NCBI GenBank assembly: GCA_022605425.2
Contig: CM061253.1
Span: 372,001-436,000 of the forward strand
Direction of reading: 5' to 3'
Source: Hamiltosporidium tvaerminnensis FI-OER-3-3
Taxonomy: Eukaryota; Fungi; Microsporidia
DNA length: 64,000 bases
Part shown: positions 21,750 to 36,299 of the stretch, in pieces
Numbering within the stretch: the first letter of the stretch is position 1
Layout: the number at the start of each line of letters is the position of its first letter
Notes under the pieces: generated by a model
Databases searched by the model: none
What the model saw: only the letters and a program-made list of their open reading frames with translations
What the model was told of the DNA's origin: nothing
Made by a program: the position numbers and the translations under genes

Positions 21750-23923
21750 TATGTGTATGAAGAATTACGAAAATTTGTGATTGTAGGTTTATTTTTATGA
21801 ATTTATATCATTTCAAATCTGCGTAATTGAATTTTTATATTTAGATTAAGAATAAATTTTTTTTCGTATTTTGAATTCCAGGTTAAATATATTTGGTCTC
21901 CTTTATCAAATTTATTAGCAATATTATTTAAATATTCTATATCAGAGCTCGATTTATGTGCATTACAAGTTTCTTTTATCAGGGTTTGTTTATCTAAAAT
22001 ATAAATGTAATGTTTTTAACTGTTTAACATCAATAATCGGTACTGAATTGTGATCAACAGGATAAATATTTAGATACGAGAACATTTAGAGTTTTTTACG
22101 ATATCTAAACAATGCGTTTAAATTTCTGTTCGGCTTTTATTTGATTCGGATTCAAGTCTTTTCTCAAGAGAACTGGTTTCTATATTATTTTTATAATGTT
22201 GTTTCAGATATAAAAGTTTCTATCTTTACAGGTATCTGGTTGATTTAACGATACACTACAGAGGGATTTGTCATAATACATTTTCAGTTATCACATTCGA
22301 AATTATCTCGATAAAAATTTATAAATGAGCCCGAATGCTTGATTCAATAGGTATTACTTTGTTGTTTAAACGGTTGAATTAATTAAATTGAATTGTTTCA
22401 AGTAATTTTTAGATTCAGAGTGTAATCTTGTTTATACTCTCGTCTGGAATAACATATATGGCCCTATTATCACAAATTTTGATATCAATATTATTATGTA
22501 AACAATTGTATCATACGCATTAAGAGATTTTTCTATAATTAAAAGACCTCAATTCGTATTAAAGACGTGAAATAATATCTATATAAGAGAATTGGATATC
22601 CAATTAGCTTATTTTAACGTCGAGTTTATTCTGATCAGGGCATTTTTTATGAACCAGTAGCATATAGCTCTACCGAATGTCTAAAATGTTCTACTGTGTT
22701 ACACTTTTCCTATTCATCTCTAAATGCTATTTCTCTCGAACGTAGCAATAAATCGCGTTTTTTTCTTTGCACTTGTGTTTAATATTAAGACTTTTGATTA
22801 TTATCAATATCCTAGCATCTATTTCTAGAATTATATAACTTTAAATTTAGTTTCAGACTTTCATTTTAATCAAGAAATTCACTAGTTGAGTCCCTAATAT
22901 TTGTCTCGTGATATTATATTCTATACTATATTGGAATTTAATACAGATTTAGTAGAGCAAGGTAGGTTTGCTATATTTTTCAGTTTAAAACTTATGTTTA
23001 AAAAATTTGAATATCATTCCATATCCCAGCAAATCGAATAATTTCCAAATTTGCATCCACTAAGCAATTCATAATCGTGCAGATATCTTCAGAATGTATT
23101 AAAAGAGGCTAATTTGCGCTCTACATCATGCTATAGATATGTCTTTTTAGTCATCAACTCTAAAGTAACACTCGTACCTAAATAAGTCGGCAGTTAAATG
23201 AAAATGATCTGAATGATAGCTTGATAAAGATATTTTAGTTATTTATTTATTTCTTAAAATAATATTTTTTTATTTCATTTTATGTGAAGAATTCATTTTT
23301 GTAGAGTGTATGCAGAATTTCTACTTCTTCTTGAAATTTAAGAAATTTTAATATTTACTACTATTTTATACTATTTATTTGCATTCGTAAAAAAATAATT
23401 ATACTTACATGAATAACGGTATCTTCACAGTCATTATCATTGTCGCTGAACTCTCTTCATAAATTTTAGCTACCAATTTGTCTAAAAAATTTAACTTATT
23501 CGCTATCATTATTCCCAATCTTCGTCTTTCATTTCAAAAAACCGCAGGAAATCAATTAAAAAGCGATTATTCGTAGAAAGAAAACTTTTGTTTGTATTGC
23601 TACTTTTGTGTATTTAATATTTAGAAGAGACTTGGAAACTTTATAAAAAAGACAAAAATAAGAAAATAATAATTATTTCATTGTGGTATTAATATTCATT
23701 TTCAATATTCACATTCTTTCGGGTCTACTTAAATATATATTTTTTTCCTTTTTAAATCAATAAAGATCAAAATCTGACCAACATGATTGGTATATAATTC
23801 TTTTTTGACATAAGCATAATTTCTGAAATCATAATTGTGTTTGAATACATATTTTCTTTTGCTTTTCATATTATTTTTATTAAAAGCAAAAATAGAAAAA
23901 TGGTTTTTTTTGAGATTTGACAT
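21750..23923 (-). pseudogene. Decayed LRR-family gene
   Basis: Minus-strand remnants LKTLHLYF, IKSLNI, YLKQFNLINS, LNLKLYNS, with many stops; boundaries approximate. Confidence 0.35.
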
Positions 23924-25650
23924 TCTCTACTGTTTTTACTAGTTATCTGAACACAATCCTCGTTTTTATACCCTCAAGCCAAATTGTTATGATACTTCCG
24001 GTATAAGTTTATACAAACGTGGGAAAATGATTTATATGATCGGTATCTCGTAGTAACTGGTTTTTGTAATATAGCACACAAGCTTGCTACAGAAAAGAGG
24101 AGCTTGTAACGTGTTGCAAGTTAATAATTTTCGTAATATAATCTAGATATTTATTAAACTTCGTAAACCTTTTCATATTCAATTATGAAATGAATTCAAG
24201 AAAGATTCTAGTTCTGAAGTAAGTTAAGGATTTGAAAAATCTTGCAAAAAAAACAATGTTCAAATAGATCAAGAAAAAATATGTATGATAATCTTTGTTG
24301 TTGTCTATACCAAAGGTCTTGATCTATCACTGGAACAAAACTGCCAATCTCATAGCAAATATATATTTGCACGAATTTCAAAGTTTTGATAACTTACGAT
24401 AAATTCTAACTAGGAATAGATAGAAGTTACGAGATTTTTAAATCGCGTTTACTTTAATATTCAATGCTATTTGGTGTAATACTAAAAAAATCAATTATCA
24501 AAAACAGAGCCTTTCAAAAATAATGACGCGGCACTATTTTAGATTAACGGCGCAAGTTTTTCTTTTTAGAATCAAGAGTTTTCCCACCAGGATTTTATCG
24601 AAAAGATCTTTATTACGTACGGGATATGTAATTTCACTTTCATGTTTTGTTTATAGGCGAATCTAGGTTTTCATTTCTTTTTAATTTTTTATTGTATATA
24701 TTTGCGCCTAAATCATACACGCTATAAAGTTTTTATAGCAATGGCGAAAACCTGTCTATTAATTTGAAAATCAAAGTGTATTTGAACGATACTATTGCAT
24801 TATTAGCCGGAAGTTTTATTCTCTGTAATCAACTAGCAAATTAATTTCCACTATTTCTTAATTACTCTCAAATACTCATCTCCCAAAGTCATATAACAAG
24901 CAGATTCGCCCAAAAAGTATAACTGCTACAAAATATTACATTTGAAGGTTTATTTTAATAATCATACTTCCATATCCTTAATATGTTTTATTATGTACAT
25001 TTTTACTATTTCGATTTTCGAGGTAAATATAATCTTTCGCATGTAACACCATAGAAGTTCTGAAAAGTCTTTTTAGGCATTTTATAAAATTTATCTTTAC
25101 TTTTAAACAAAAGAAATAGACAAACCCACTTTACTGTTTCTACCTTGTTCGATATGAGCAGTAAATGTATGAGCCGGTTTGCTAATGCATAATTGTTGAA
25201 TGCTGCTGTTCCTCGTATCTTTGGTTAATTTATAGATGAAGGACCTGTTACAATAGAGTGAAATTTGCAAGGCATCCCATGTATGACGTTAATTCAGAAA
25301 ATTCTTCGTTTTTTTATCAAAACATGCGTTTAAGGTGATATAGTTAAAAATCAGCGAAAGATAAATTCTCAAAAAAAAATTTCAACTTTTCTAGAACTTT
25401 TAGTTTCGAATGAGTTTTCGCACGTTTTTAGTTGCTTTATTTTTAATTTATTTTGTGTTTAAACATGATTTTTTCTTACATCATAAAGACATTTAACTGC
25501 AGATTTAATTTTTTCAAAACACATAATAAATTTAGAAATTTTACGAATACCAAAAAATACACGCATATAGCACTTATAGTACAAGTATATCGGTTTATTT
25601 TTTTCTTTAATAACTAAAATGAAAAATTTTAAATATAAATCAGATGCATT

Positions 25651-27132
25651 TTATTGTAAAACCGTTAGTAATATGTCCAAAGAGGATATAGCATTTCGTA
25701 AAAGACAATCTAAAATAGCAAACATAACGTTTTCATCTGTCATCACGCCGTTTTTCCTATATTTATACCGAATAAAAAAATAACTTGAAATAGTCTCGAG
25801 ATCTTCTTTTAAAGAAGGTAAATTTTCCAAAATTTTTTTCTTAAGTAATTTAGCAGCAATATCTTCATTGACACCTTTCGAACCATCTATATTGTTTTGT
25901 GCGTCTTTTTTAAAAATTTTATTTTCCTTCTTTTGATCTTCAAGCACCTGCTTACACCAACATTTGAGATTTAAAAAAATATTGGCTAAGCTTTTTACAG
26001 ATTTTTCTTTGAGAATCCCGATTTTTTCATCATTTCTTGTTTTTATAGAATTGTTAGTCATCATTTCTATTATCGGAGTCGCTAAATTTTTCAGTTTCTC
26101 TTTTGCAACTTCTTCTTCATATTTTTCGATATGCAAATATGAGCGAAAAACTACACGAATAGAAGTTTCAAATATAATATTAAAGAAATCTAGAAAATCT
26201 TCTACTTTTTTATGTTCCTCAATATCATTTATTCGCTTGCTTAAAATTGAATCACTCTCAGAAATTACACTTGATTTATTTAAAAATATTGAATAAAACA
26301 GATATTCGTATGATTCATAAGCTTTTTTAATGAAATTCTCAAAATTTGTCAAAAGCATGGTAACAAGTTGAACTCCTACAATGTCTAAAATTTTCAAAAA
26401 ATATTCCTGCAGTCTATTTTGATGAGATTTGTACATAATAAATATCAAAAAGCCCAGCAGTGGATTCTGTTTGGATCGATCGGGAATCCTCGAATATCTA
26501 ATACTACAATCAAAATCATACTTATCTTTATATTCTAAACTATAATATTCTATATCTACACAGTTTTCATCAAAAGTTTGTTCAACCATTGGAAAACCCG
26601 TCTCAAGGTTAATCATTTTTTTATTGAAATTACCGATATATTCTATAAAAAACGAAAATAACGTATTTTTTCGATAAAATAACAATCCAATATTTGTAAA
26701 TATATTTACTTTATATTGTTGCCCCAATTTTTTGAATTTAGGAATGTCAAAAATATATGGTAAATTTATGTACTCCAGTTTATCAAAGCATTCTATTGCC
26801 CAATCATACTCACGTGGGTTATTCTGCGAAATTCTTATACTATGCAGAATATCTAATATTTTTCCATGTATGTTTTTTTGTTTGGCACAAACACTTAGAG
26901 CTGGTGTAATCTGAAAATATTCTTCGACACCGAAAGTGGTAACTACATTAATCATACCAGAACATTTTTCTAAAATCAAAGCACCTTGTTTGGAATTTAT
27001 AAATTTTTCATATTCTTTCTGAAAATTTTCCGATCGTTTTTTTGCACTAAAGATGCAATATGTGATGAATATTGCTAGAAATAGAAAAATTCCTCCTATT
27101 ATAAGTATTCTTCGCCGTGTTTTTTTATCCAT
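25651..27132 (-). CDS. Hypothetical protein with N-terminal membrane anchor (~493 aa)
   Basis: Long ORF; first ATG gives MDKKTRRR followed by hydrophobic ILIIGGIFLFLAIFITYCIF. No recognisable domain. Confidence 0.75.
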   Translation of the reverse strand: MDKKTRRRILIIGGIFLFLAIFITYCIFSAKKRSENFQKEYEKFINSKQGALILEKCSGMINVVTTFGVEEYFQITPALSVCAKQKNIHGKILDILHSIRISQNNPREYDWAIECFDKLEYINLPYIFDIPKFKKLGQQYKVNIFTNIGLLFYRKNTLFSFFIEYIGNFNKKMINLETGFPMVEQTFDENCVDIEYYSLEYKDKYDFDCSIRYSRIPDRSKQNPLLGFLIFIMYKSHQNRLQEYFLKILDIVGVQLVTMLLTNFENFIKKAYESYEYLFYSIFLNKSSVISESDSILSKRINDIEEHKKVEDFLDFFNIIFETSIRVVFRSYLHIEKYEEEVAKEKLKNLATPIIEMMTNNSIKTRNDEKIGILKEKSVKSLANIFLNLKCWCKQVLEDQKKENKIFKKDAQNNIDGSKGVNEDIAAKLLKKKILENLPSLKEDLETISSYFFIRYKYRKNGVMTDENVMFAILDCLLRNAISSLDILLTVLQ

Positions 27133-29257
27133 GCAAGATTGCAAAAGAAGAAGAATTATTTATATTTCTCTAATTGATCGAAAACAAATGATGTTTATAT
27201 TTGATTGTGAAAAAAATTTTATTTGTTGATTTTCATCGAAATATAATTCAATTGGTAGTTTTAGATTTTAATTTATTTACAAACCCAATTATTAAAGATC
27301 AATTCCCTTTTGAATGATCAGCCAATTATTTTAAATTCAAATAGAAATTTAGAAATTAAATACATTTTTGGACCCAGAAAAAATAGATATAAATATAATA
27401 ACAATAAGAAGTTCGATTTGTTTTTCCTAAGTATTGATTTGATAAGCAGTTTCTAGGTAAATCGATATCTTTATATATAAAAATCTGACTATTTAAATGT
27501 AGTCTATAATTATTGATTTTTTTCATTATAATGAAGTACAATCGCAGTTATTTTGATATTCGGTTTACATTTAATAAATTATTTGTATTATAGGTTGGTT
27601 TATTCTACTCTTTTAACTGCATCATAGATATCTTCACTATCACATAAGCTTGAGTCTCTTTTTCAACTTCGCCTAAATGCATCATTCAAAATCAAGGTTT
27701 GATATTTTGCATGTTTGGTTTTAAAACATGCTGTGTGTTTTCTAGTTAAAACACACAAATTCCTTATAGCATCAAGCGTTGCTCTTGCATTCTCATTGGT
27801 ACAAATGCTTTTTTGATTAGGCATATATATTTCACTAAATAATAGTTTAATGCTTGGGAAATACAGAATGTAATCAAGCATATTCCTTTTTCCTACCGAT
27901 AATCACATATCACGGAATAATGTAGAATATTGTTGAAGGTTATTCTTTTACAACTTTAATTTTAAACAATGTACAATCCATCTAGAAAAATACCGAGGTT
28001 TATAGATTCTTCCAAACTTAAGCTGTATAGATGGAATAAATACCATATACAGAGTAAAATTCAAACATAGCTAAAACAATGTACCGAAATATTTTAAAAT
28101 TCCAGCTTTGGAAAAAAGCCCGTTGGGATTTATAATTGAAATTTTGTGATAATCAACTGAAGTAAATTCACTTTTATAAATAGAGAAATCTTCGGTGCTA
28201 AAGAATAGATTTCTCTGTGATATTTTATCATAAATAATCTTAAAAAATTTGAAATATAATTCTTAAAAACCGTTTTAGAATATAGCATTTTGATAGTAAT
28301 CTATAAAAAAATCTCAAAACCTAACTTAAAATAAATAAAGAAGATATTTAGTTTCTTTATTGATAATATTTATCGTGGTTCCTTTACTTTAAAAAATTCT
28401 TGCTTTTATATACTGTTAGAAAAAATCGAAATTACAGTTCAAACCTATAAAAAATTATAAAAAAAACAGAAACATGCATTTTATTGAGTTTTTTTTTGCA
28501 AAAAAATATCAAGATTGCTCTGGAAATTTTGAAATAAAAGTTTTTTTTACCTATTTTCTATAACTTGGAACTCATTAATTTATAACGAGATAGTAGTCCC
28601 AGAGACTATATTTGTCTAAAAAAAAGAATTCTGTTATTTTGCGCATTTCGCATTTCTTTCCGAAATTCTTTTAAAACAAACTTGCGATACGGAAATTATG
28701 GTGATATATCAAAGATAAATTTGAATGAAAACATACAAAGTAAACAATAATGATTTTTATTGGATTATTCTGTTTCAATCATGGAGAATAATGAAAAAGA
28801 TTCAAAAACATGCACATACCACAAATGAAAGAGCTACAGTACCAGATTGTTTCAGCGAAAAATAGTTATGAATAAGCAATAAAATAGTTAGAACGTTATA
28901 GAACTTCTTTTGTGTGAAAGAACGGAATAAAAATTTAAATACAGATTATAAAAGGAGAATTGCTGATTTTAATACAAATAAATTTTCAGTAAAGCAATTG
29001 CGATAAATAGAAGAAATTTTCGCAATTGTAGATTTAATAACGAATTTTCAGATATATTTAAATTAAAATAGGAAATTAAATTAAAATTCTATATTTAAAA
29101 TAATATTCCGTTTTGATTGCAAATTCTACAATATTAATTAAAATAAAGAATTTTAAATTAAATTATGTGTTTTATCAGTTCAATTTTTTTGTTTTAATAT
29201 ATTTTTAAAGATAAAAAGAACAAAAAAAATATTTAAAGAGATGTAAAATGTAGATCC

Positions 29258-31735
29258 ATGTATTCCTTTGGCTGTTTGCAAAATTTTTTTAGCTTGTATC
29301 ATGTAAAAAAGAATGGAATGTCTTACATGAATATGATAATGTTTATGATAGTGTGCCGTTGGTTTTTTGCTAGCACTTGCTGTTTAAAAGGCGTAAAATG
29401 CGCTACTCCGGCGAATAACGATCGAATAAAGTTTGGGTTAATAGATATCAATTGGAGAGACATGATTAGTGTAGAAGACCTTGCTTCTGTAGAGTATTGG
29501 TTGTCGCGTCCAATGGCAGGTGAAAAATCATGTTTGTGTTCCGGAAATCATTTCTTTATTGAACATAAGATACATCCTAAGTTTTTTGTTTGTTCTCTCG
29601 ACATTGCTTTTGAAAATCATGAACCACTACATATTTTTGAAGTTGATTATCGAGATGATTGGAATGTAAGATTTCGTGTCTTGAATGAATATTTAGCTAA
29701 AAATGAAAAGAAACCTTTTGTGTTTAAAGGTTCTTTTTGTGTGACGTATCAGTTGTTTAATGTTTTTGTCAAATATATGAAATGTGATTCGATTATTACA
29801 GGCCATAATTTATCTTACAAATTGTTCTATAGGCTTATAAAGCTTATAGATCTGCTTGATCCTGTTAGTAGTGAGTGTCTGAATGAATTTTATACGAAAT
29901 TATACCAAAATGGATTAATGAACGTTAGTGCTGTTAATATTCTGAAAGATCCCAAGAACTACAGAATACGTTATTTTAAAGAAAAAAGACGACAGAGGCC
30001 GTTTATGTACTTCCTTGGGGCAATAAATGAATCATTAAATGCGTGTCTAATTCCTGATACTTCTATGGTTTCAATATTTCAGAAAAAAAATCAAAGTATT
30101 GATCAGTGCTTTAGATATACAGAAAGTGTCCATAGACTGGTTTTAAAGATATCAGCTAACTCGTTAGAAATACTTATGGCAGCAATTACTGACAAAATGC
30201 GTGTCTTTAACTGGCTTTTGACTGTTACAAAAATTTCTGGGTATTTTTTTGATAATACTGAGTATACCTTTAATCCTATTAGATATCATAATATTTGTGG
30301 CTTTTTAAACTCAGATGCACCAAAAAAATGTTCACCTCCTTTAAAAGCTTTATCGTATGACTTTTTCGCATATTTAAGTGACGAAAATACACAAAGAATT
30401 TCATATTTGAAGTTCATGAATGTTGAAATAGATTTTGATCTAATTGGTACACTTTTTGGTGGAAATATTCTGACTGATTTTGAAGTATCTTTTTGTTCTA
30501 TTGGTAAATCTCAAAAAATAACAGAATTGTTAACGGAAATGCCGAATTTAAATGTTTTAATTTTACGCGGCTTTGAAATATTTCCAGATGATGTTGAAAA
30601 TATCCTTTGTTCAAAGATAAGACTTTTGGTTTTATATGACTGTGCAATGTGTCAAAATTCAATATGGAAACCACAAAAAAACCTTGTCTCTGGTTACGAA
30701 ATACTAAATAATTTAAGAACATTAAATATTTCCTATTCCAGACTTCCTTTTAATCTGGTAGAATTTTTGTTGAAATCAGTGAATCTCAATGATTTATTTC
30801 TTAATTTTTTTGAATTTCAACCTTCTGTTTTAACCTTTTCGGTATTGAGCTTAAAAAGACAATGGGATCGTTTGGAGATGAATGGATATGTTCCAAATGA
30901 CTATTTAAGCAAGTTTTTCATCGAAAACTCTGTTGAAGTTTTGAGTTTGTCTCAGATAAAAAAATTTAGTGATGTAAGGTTTATATTCTTTGTGCATTCC
31001 CTAAAAAAATCGGTTATCTCTTTGAATTTAAGTGATAATTCGATGGAATCTAAAGATTTTGAGTTGATTGATAACTTTAAGAATCTCGAAAAACTTAATC
31101 TTGCTTCTAGTCTTCCTTTAGACATTAGTAACATATCTGATTTAAGAATATTCGAATTGATAAATTATTTGGATATATCAAGAAATATCGTTGGTTTGGG
31201 AAATTCGGGTTTTATTTGTAGCTTTAAAAATTTAAGTTCTTTGAGTCTTGCTGGAGTTAAGATAGAGGCTGAATTGTTTAAAAGTATTTTTACAGACGTT
31301 TTATGTGATTCATTGGTTTCATTGGATCTTTCTGGCGTTGATTTGTGTTCTTCTGGATTTCAAAGAATTTTGAACTGCAAGAAACTTGAGGTATTACGCC
31401 TCAAAGTCTCCGCCGAAAATTCTCTGTCATATTATTGTGATTGTCTTTTGTCTACAACTGCTAGACATAATTTAAGTATTTTAAATCTAGAATTTGAGGA
31501 AAGAATTGATTTTGATGATCTCTTAACTCTAGCTGGTTTTTCGAATCTTTACGAAGCCAAAATTTCATGCAGTGAATTCGTGGGCATAGGTGTGGATGAT
31601 ATGAAAGAGTGTAAATTCAAAAATTCTAATTTTAGATTAGAGTTATGCTTAAGTGAATATAATGTTGATTCTTTTGCATTACAAGTCTTGTGTGATATGT
31701 TTAGCAAATATATGGTTTCCATTGTTTGTGTGTGA
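29258..31735 (+). CDS. Leucine-rich-repeat protein, probably secreted, lineage-specific family
   Basis: 825-aa ORF with repeated LxxLxLS motifs (LRTLNISYS, LEKLNLASS, INYLDISRN, LVSLDLSGV) and a hydrophobic N-terminal segment. The true start may be a downstream Met. Confidence 0.85.
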   Translation: MYSFGCLQNFFSLYHVKKNGMSYMNMIMFMIVCRWFFASTCCLKGVKCATPANNDRIKFGLIDINWRDMISVEDLASVEYWLSRPMAGEKSCLCSGNHFFIEHKIHPKFFVCSLDIAFENHEPLHIFEVDYRDDWNVRFRVLNEYLAKNEKKPFVFKGSFCVTYQLFNVFVKYMKCDSIITGHNLSYKLFYRLIKLIDLLDPVSSECLNEFYTKLYQNGLMNVSAVNILKDPKNYRIRYFKEKRRQRPFMYFLGAINESLNACLIPDTSMVSIFQKKNQSIDQCFRYTESVHRLVLKISANSLEILMAAITDKMRVFNWLLTVTKISGYFFDNTEYTFNPIRYHNICGFLNSDAPKKCSPPLKALSYDFFAYLSDENTQRISYLKFMNVEIDFDLIGTLFGGNILTDFEVSFCSIGKSQKITELLTEMPNLNVLILRGFEIFPDDVENILCSKIRLLVLYDCAMCQNSIWKPQKNLVSGYEILNNLRTLNISYSRLPFNLVEFLLKSVNLNDLFLNFFEFQPSVLTFSVLSLKRQWDRLEMNGYVPNDYLSKFFIENSVEVLSLSQIKKFSDVRFIFFVHSLKKSVISLNLSDNSMESKDFELIDNFKNLEKLNLASSLPLDISNISDLRIFELINYLDISRNIVGLGNSGFICSFKNLSSLSLAGVKIEAELFKSIFTDVLCDSLVSLDLSGVDLCSSGFQRILNCKKLEVLRLKVSAENSLSYYCDCLLSTTARHNLSILNLEFEERIDFDDLLTLAGFSNLYEAKISCSEFVGIGVDDMKECKFKNSNFRLELCLSEYNVDSFALQVLCDMFSKYMVSIVCV

Positions 31736-34700
31736 TAAAGTGAAATCATTCCCTGGTGATGTTTTTCGAATAAAGTTTATAGTATATTTTTGTTTCTTAT
31801 ATAAATATTTCTCTTTCTCTGCTAATTTAAAAATATATAATCGTTTTTTTTTAAAAAAAAGGTAATTTTACTATATCATATAAGCCTAAGACTTTACGTG
31901 TTTAAAATCAATATAGAAACTGTAAACGTCATTAAATTATAAAAAAAGTTTGCAAAATAATTTCATAGCAGAAAAAAATTTTAAAATTCACATTTAAACT
32001 AAGTTCTGATAGAATCAGTTAATTTAAAACCATAACGAATTCAAAATTCATTCTAAAAAAAATACCTGTGGCTATATAGTCAAAGAATATAGACAATGAT
32101 AATATAAATTGATCAAATAATCATAATCTTTTATAGAAGTATAAAGATTAAAAAAGAAACATACATGCGTTAAAATTATATAGGGAAAGACAATCTTAGT
32201 ACATAAAACTATTCTTTTTGATACATTATCTAGAAATCAGAAGAGAGTTACTTGCCTCTTCAAAATCCGAGCCAATTATTAAGTCGGTGAATTGACAGTA
32301 AATGTTGTATTATAATCCATGGCTTTAACATTTGCCTTTACCTTGTGTATGTATATATTTACGCCTTTCTTCTGCAGAAATGAGACTCTGTAAAAGAACT
32401 TTAAAAAATGCACCGTCGGAAAATTGAATCTCTTCGGATTAATTGAATAAACAACTACCCGATCCTTTTCCCATTTAATAAAAAATTTTAATAATAGGAC
32501 GCATATTTAAAAACTTAATATATATTTATATTTACAAGTACCTTTAGAATAATTATCTTTAATTATTTAGAGATTCAATATAAAAAAGTCAATTGGCTCA
32601 CTTATGAAGCAACTTAGTAAAATATAAAACAATTATTCGACTTCAAGATGCTCATTTGTGGCTGAAAAGCTAATAATTGTTCCGAAATTTAACAAGAAAA
32701 AGTTTATATAAGATTACGTTGGAGTAATTGAAAAAGACTGGAATTCTAATGATTAAATTTTGCTTGAAATACGACTTGGTCTACATAAACAACGTTTGGA
32801 AATTCTTTTGGCCATTTAATAATGTATGTTGTATCTAGAGTAGCCTGTCTTTAAATATGACAATAAATCATATAATTTAGTCGAGCTAGATAACAAAATC
32901 GAAATTAAGTTATTTGCTTTAAAACAAGCGAAAGCTAGTTCAGATTGCAAACGTTTTAAAATAGCATCTTTATCCGGTAAAGACTACGCAAATAAAATAC
33001 TCTATATTCGTAATATATCGGAATATCGTGTACATAGAAATATTCAGGAATAATCACAAATTTATTTTTATTTTAGTGATGTATATGAATAAATTAACAA
33101 AGAATAAAATATATTCGACTAACAAAAAGAAATTCAATGCTATATAGAATGTAGAAATAATGAGAACATACATAAAAAAAATTTTTATACCAAAACACGC
33201 AAATAAAAATAATTTCAATGTATTTCTTTGATTACATTCTATCTTTTTAGAAACATTCTATGTTATATTTCTTTCATAGTATTTACCAGCGTTTTTGGTT
33301 GTATATAGACAACAAAATTCTTCAACCAAATATTGTAAATTTAAAACTACATTCGAAAGTTTTCAATTTAAAAGTGTAAAATTAATCAAAAAGGCAGTAT
33401 TTACCCGAATTTGTTTATATAAGTTGCCCAAAATACGATCACAAGTCGGAACACAGCTTGGAATCCCCAAGACCAGCAAAACTTCCACTTAGTCTATATC
33501 TTTTCAAATAAAACTTCCAGATAAGAAATATTTCGGAGACTTACATTGAAGTCTATTTAGGCGCACCAATACCATAATTATATTTTTAATTTCATTTTTC
33601 TTTATGGCTTGTTAGCGTTATAAACACTTTTCTATTAGGTGCTAAATATTCTATATGAATGAGCAAGTCTAGATTTCTAGTCCAATTTAGTTGCCAAAAG
33701 TCAATCGTGGTTTCAAATCTAGTTGTAATAAATTACTAAATAGATTAGCAAATATAAATAGATATCTAGACGTTTTATGTCAATATATAAATTCAAATGA
33801 ATCAATCGAAAATCCAAACTAACAAAGTTACTAAGCACTTTTTTCTAATTGAAGCCAAGCAGATTGGTTTTAAATGTAGTTATTATCTCACTTAATACGA
33901 ATAACGGATGAAAAAAACAAACAATTTATTTACAGTAATATATAATTTTTTTATCTACATATAACTTTTCTATCTACAAAAAAACTTTTAATATCGAATT
34001 CATTCAAATATAAAAAAATGAATTAAAACAATTCTTTTTGCGCAAATAGAAGATAAAACAAAAAATTTTTAAGTTGAATTTATTGTTTCAAAATCCATAT
34101 CTAATTATTAATACAAAAAGTTGCTAAAAAGTTTATCAAAATAAGGAATTTGGAAATTTAAAAAGGTATTATATTTTACAAGCGCTATTTCACAAAATAT
34201 TTATTTTTATTTTACAGCGATTTATAAAATTTTATATGATTAGCTATTAAAAAATTATATATCCACTAATATTACAACGCATACGCTAATCTGCTGAAAA
34301 ACTTAGATTTTTTAATACCGTTTTTACTTTGTATGATTTATGAGAAGATGTGCGTAATCTTTTATTCTTGCTTTTTAGTTTATATACGACATTTCCGTAG
34401 TATAAAGAGCCAAGCTACAAATTGAATATACTTGATAACTCTCTTTTAAAGGTCGAAAAACTAAAAAAACAACAGATCTTATAAACCTAAAATACTAGTA
34501 ATAACTCGAATAAGATTTCTTATTTTTCCGATAAATAATCATTGAATACTTTGGAAAGTTTAATGATAATTATATTTTTCAATAATAAATATATGAGGTT
34601 TGGCTCAACGAAAAAAATACAGTAAAAAGAATCAATTTCAATCCGGAATTAAAAGATATCAATTTTTGAAAATGATTGGAACATTAAACCATAAATTGAA

Positions 34701-35679
34701 TTTCTTTAAAGTTTAGAAAAAATAGCTTCATGCAGAATTTACTTCTATTAACAAAATAATATTTATTAGATCAAGTATTTCTTTACAAAGACTTAGTAAA
34801 AATTTCTATCATAAAAAATATTGATTTGATTTAATATTTTTTTGTAAATATAAAATTCTATTTCACTTCTAAGAAACAAGAAAAATGTTTTTTTGCAATA
34901 TCTTGTTTTAATATAAAATATAAAAATAATTTTAGTCGATTTGAGCTTATTACTTTAAATTGTTTTTCAATCATGTTTTTTATAAGTTTATTGATCTTTA
35001 ATAGTTATTTCATTATTATGTCCTTTTCATCGTATCAAGTATAAAAATTCATGAAAAAACAATATCAAAAACAAAAATCAAAAATTGATTCGTTTAAAAC
35101 TGTCAATAAATTTCTTTTGCTATGCACAGATCAAAGAATATACTTAAAATTACCCTTACCTGTTACTTTTAAGCCATATTAATAGTTTAATATATAAATA
35201 AAGACCTCTTGAAATATTAAATAAAAGATTCTATTATGCTTCTAAGTTGATTAGTTTGTTTAGAGAAAATCATAAATAAGCATTGTATACGTTCATGGCT
35301 TAATTATTTTGTTTACTAAGCGTACCATTATAATAAGTGTAAAAATTTTGATTTCATTGTAAATGTTCTTTAATATATCTTTTAAAATTCGATGCAACAT
35401 TATAATATTTCTGAGGAAAGAATCAAAATATATGCCTATGAGCCTACTTTATTATAAGTTAGCTATATTAATCGCAAATAAGAAAGATTTTTTTTGAATC
35501 ATACAGTTTATTTGATTCAAAGATTTGTATTTTTCGAATGTATTTAATATTTAAAAACCGCGAATTAGTAAAACTTAAACATTATTTTAATACCAAAGCA
35601 CATTTTTATGCCTCTTCTCTTTAATTTATAGGGATTTACTCATAATATTGGGTTTAGGTTTTTTTGATTTACTTAAATT

Positions 35680-36000
35680 GACGAAGAGGACGTGAGTCAT
35701 GACTAAATGCCAAATAGAACAGTGAAAGTGCGTAAATAGGTGTTATTAAGAGATCTGAGATACCCTAAGAATCAACACCTTCTTTATAACAAGCCAGTAA
35801 CGACGAAGATGATGGTAAACATTTAAAAGCAAAGGATAATACATCTCTCTTTTCTCAAAAGGAGGAACCACGTTAGAGGAACCGACGATAAACATAAATC
35901 AAGACGGATTCGAAAGAAGAAACGGTAGTAGTAAAGAGGTAGATGAAAATACATATGAGAATGGTAAACACATTTAAACCCAGAAATTTATTAAATAAAT
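35680..36000 (+). mobile_element. Decayed 3' tip of the R4/Dong-like retrotransposon
   Basis: gacgaagaggac..gactaaatgcc, ggaggaaccac..tagaggaaccgac and aacccagaaattttattaaataaa match 52690-53005. Confidence 0.85.
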
Positions 36001-36299
36001 CTTTTATGGATTTAATAAAAAAATATTGAGTTTAATTTTACAAAAATGACTTGGATTAATATTTTTATCAGTAAATGGTTTGTTTGAAAAATATTTTATC
36101 TGTCACTAAAATCAGGAATCTATTTTAATATTTAATTTGTTTTTTAAAAACTTTTTAAGTACTTTCATTGTAAAATTATCGAAAAAACCAAATTTAGAAG
36201 ATAAACAGCAATAAAATGACGGAAATAACATTCAGAGAGTTTTTTTATTTATTTGATATGATAAATCAAAATTCTTCGTTTTTTTGTAATCTTGTGGTT

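Noticed and set aside
25140-25290. Helitron-like peptide (IVTGPSS) on the minus strand
   Set aside because: A single short motif amid stops; insufficient without a profile search.
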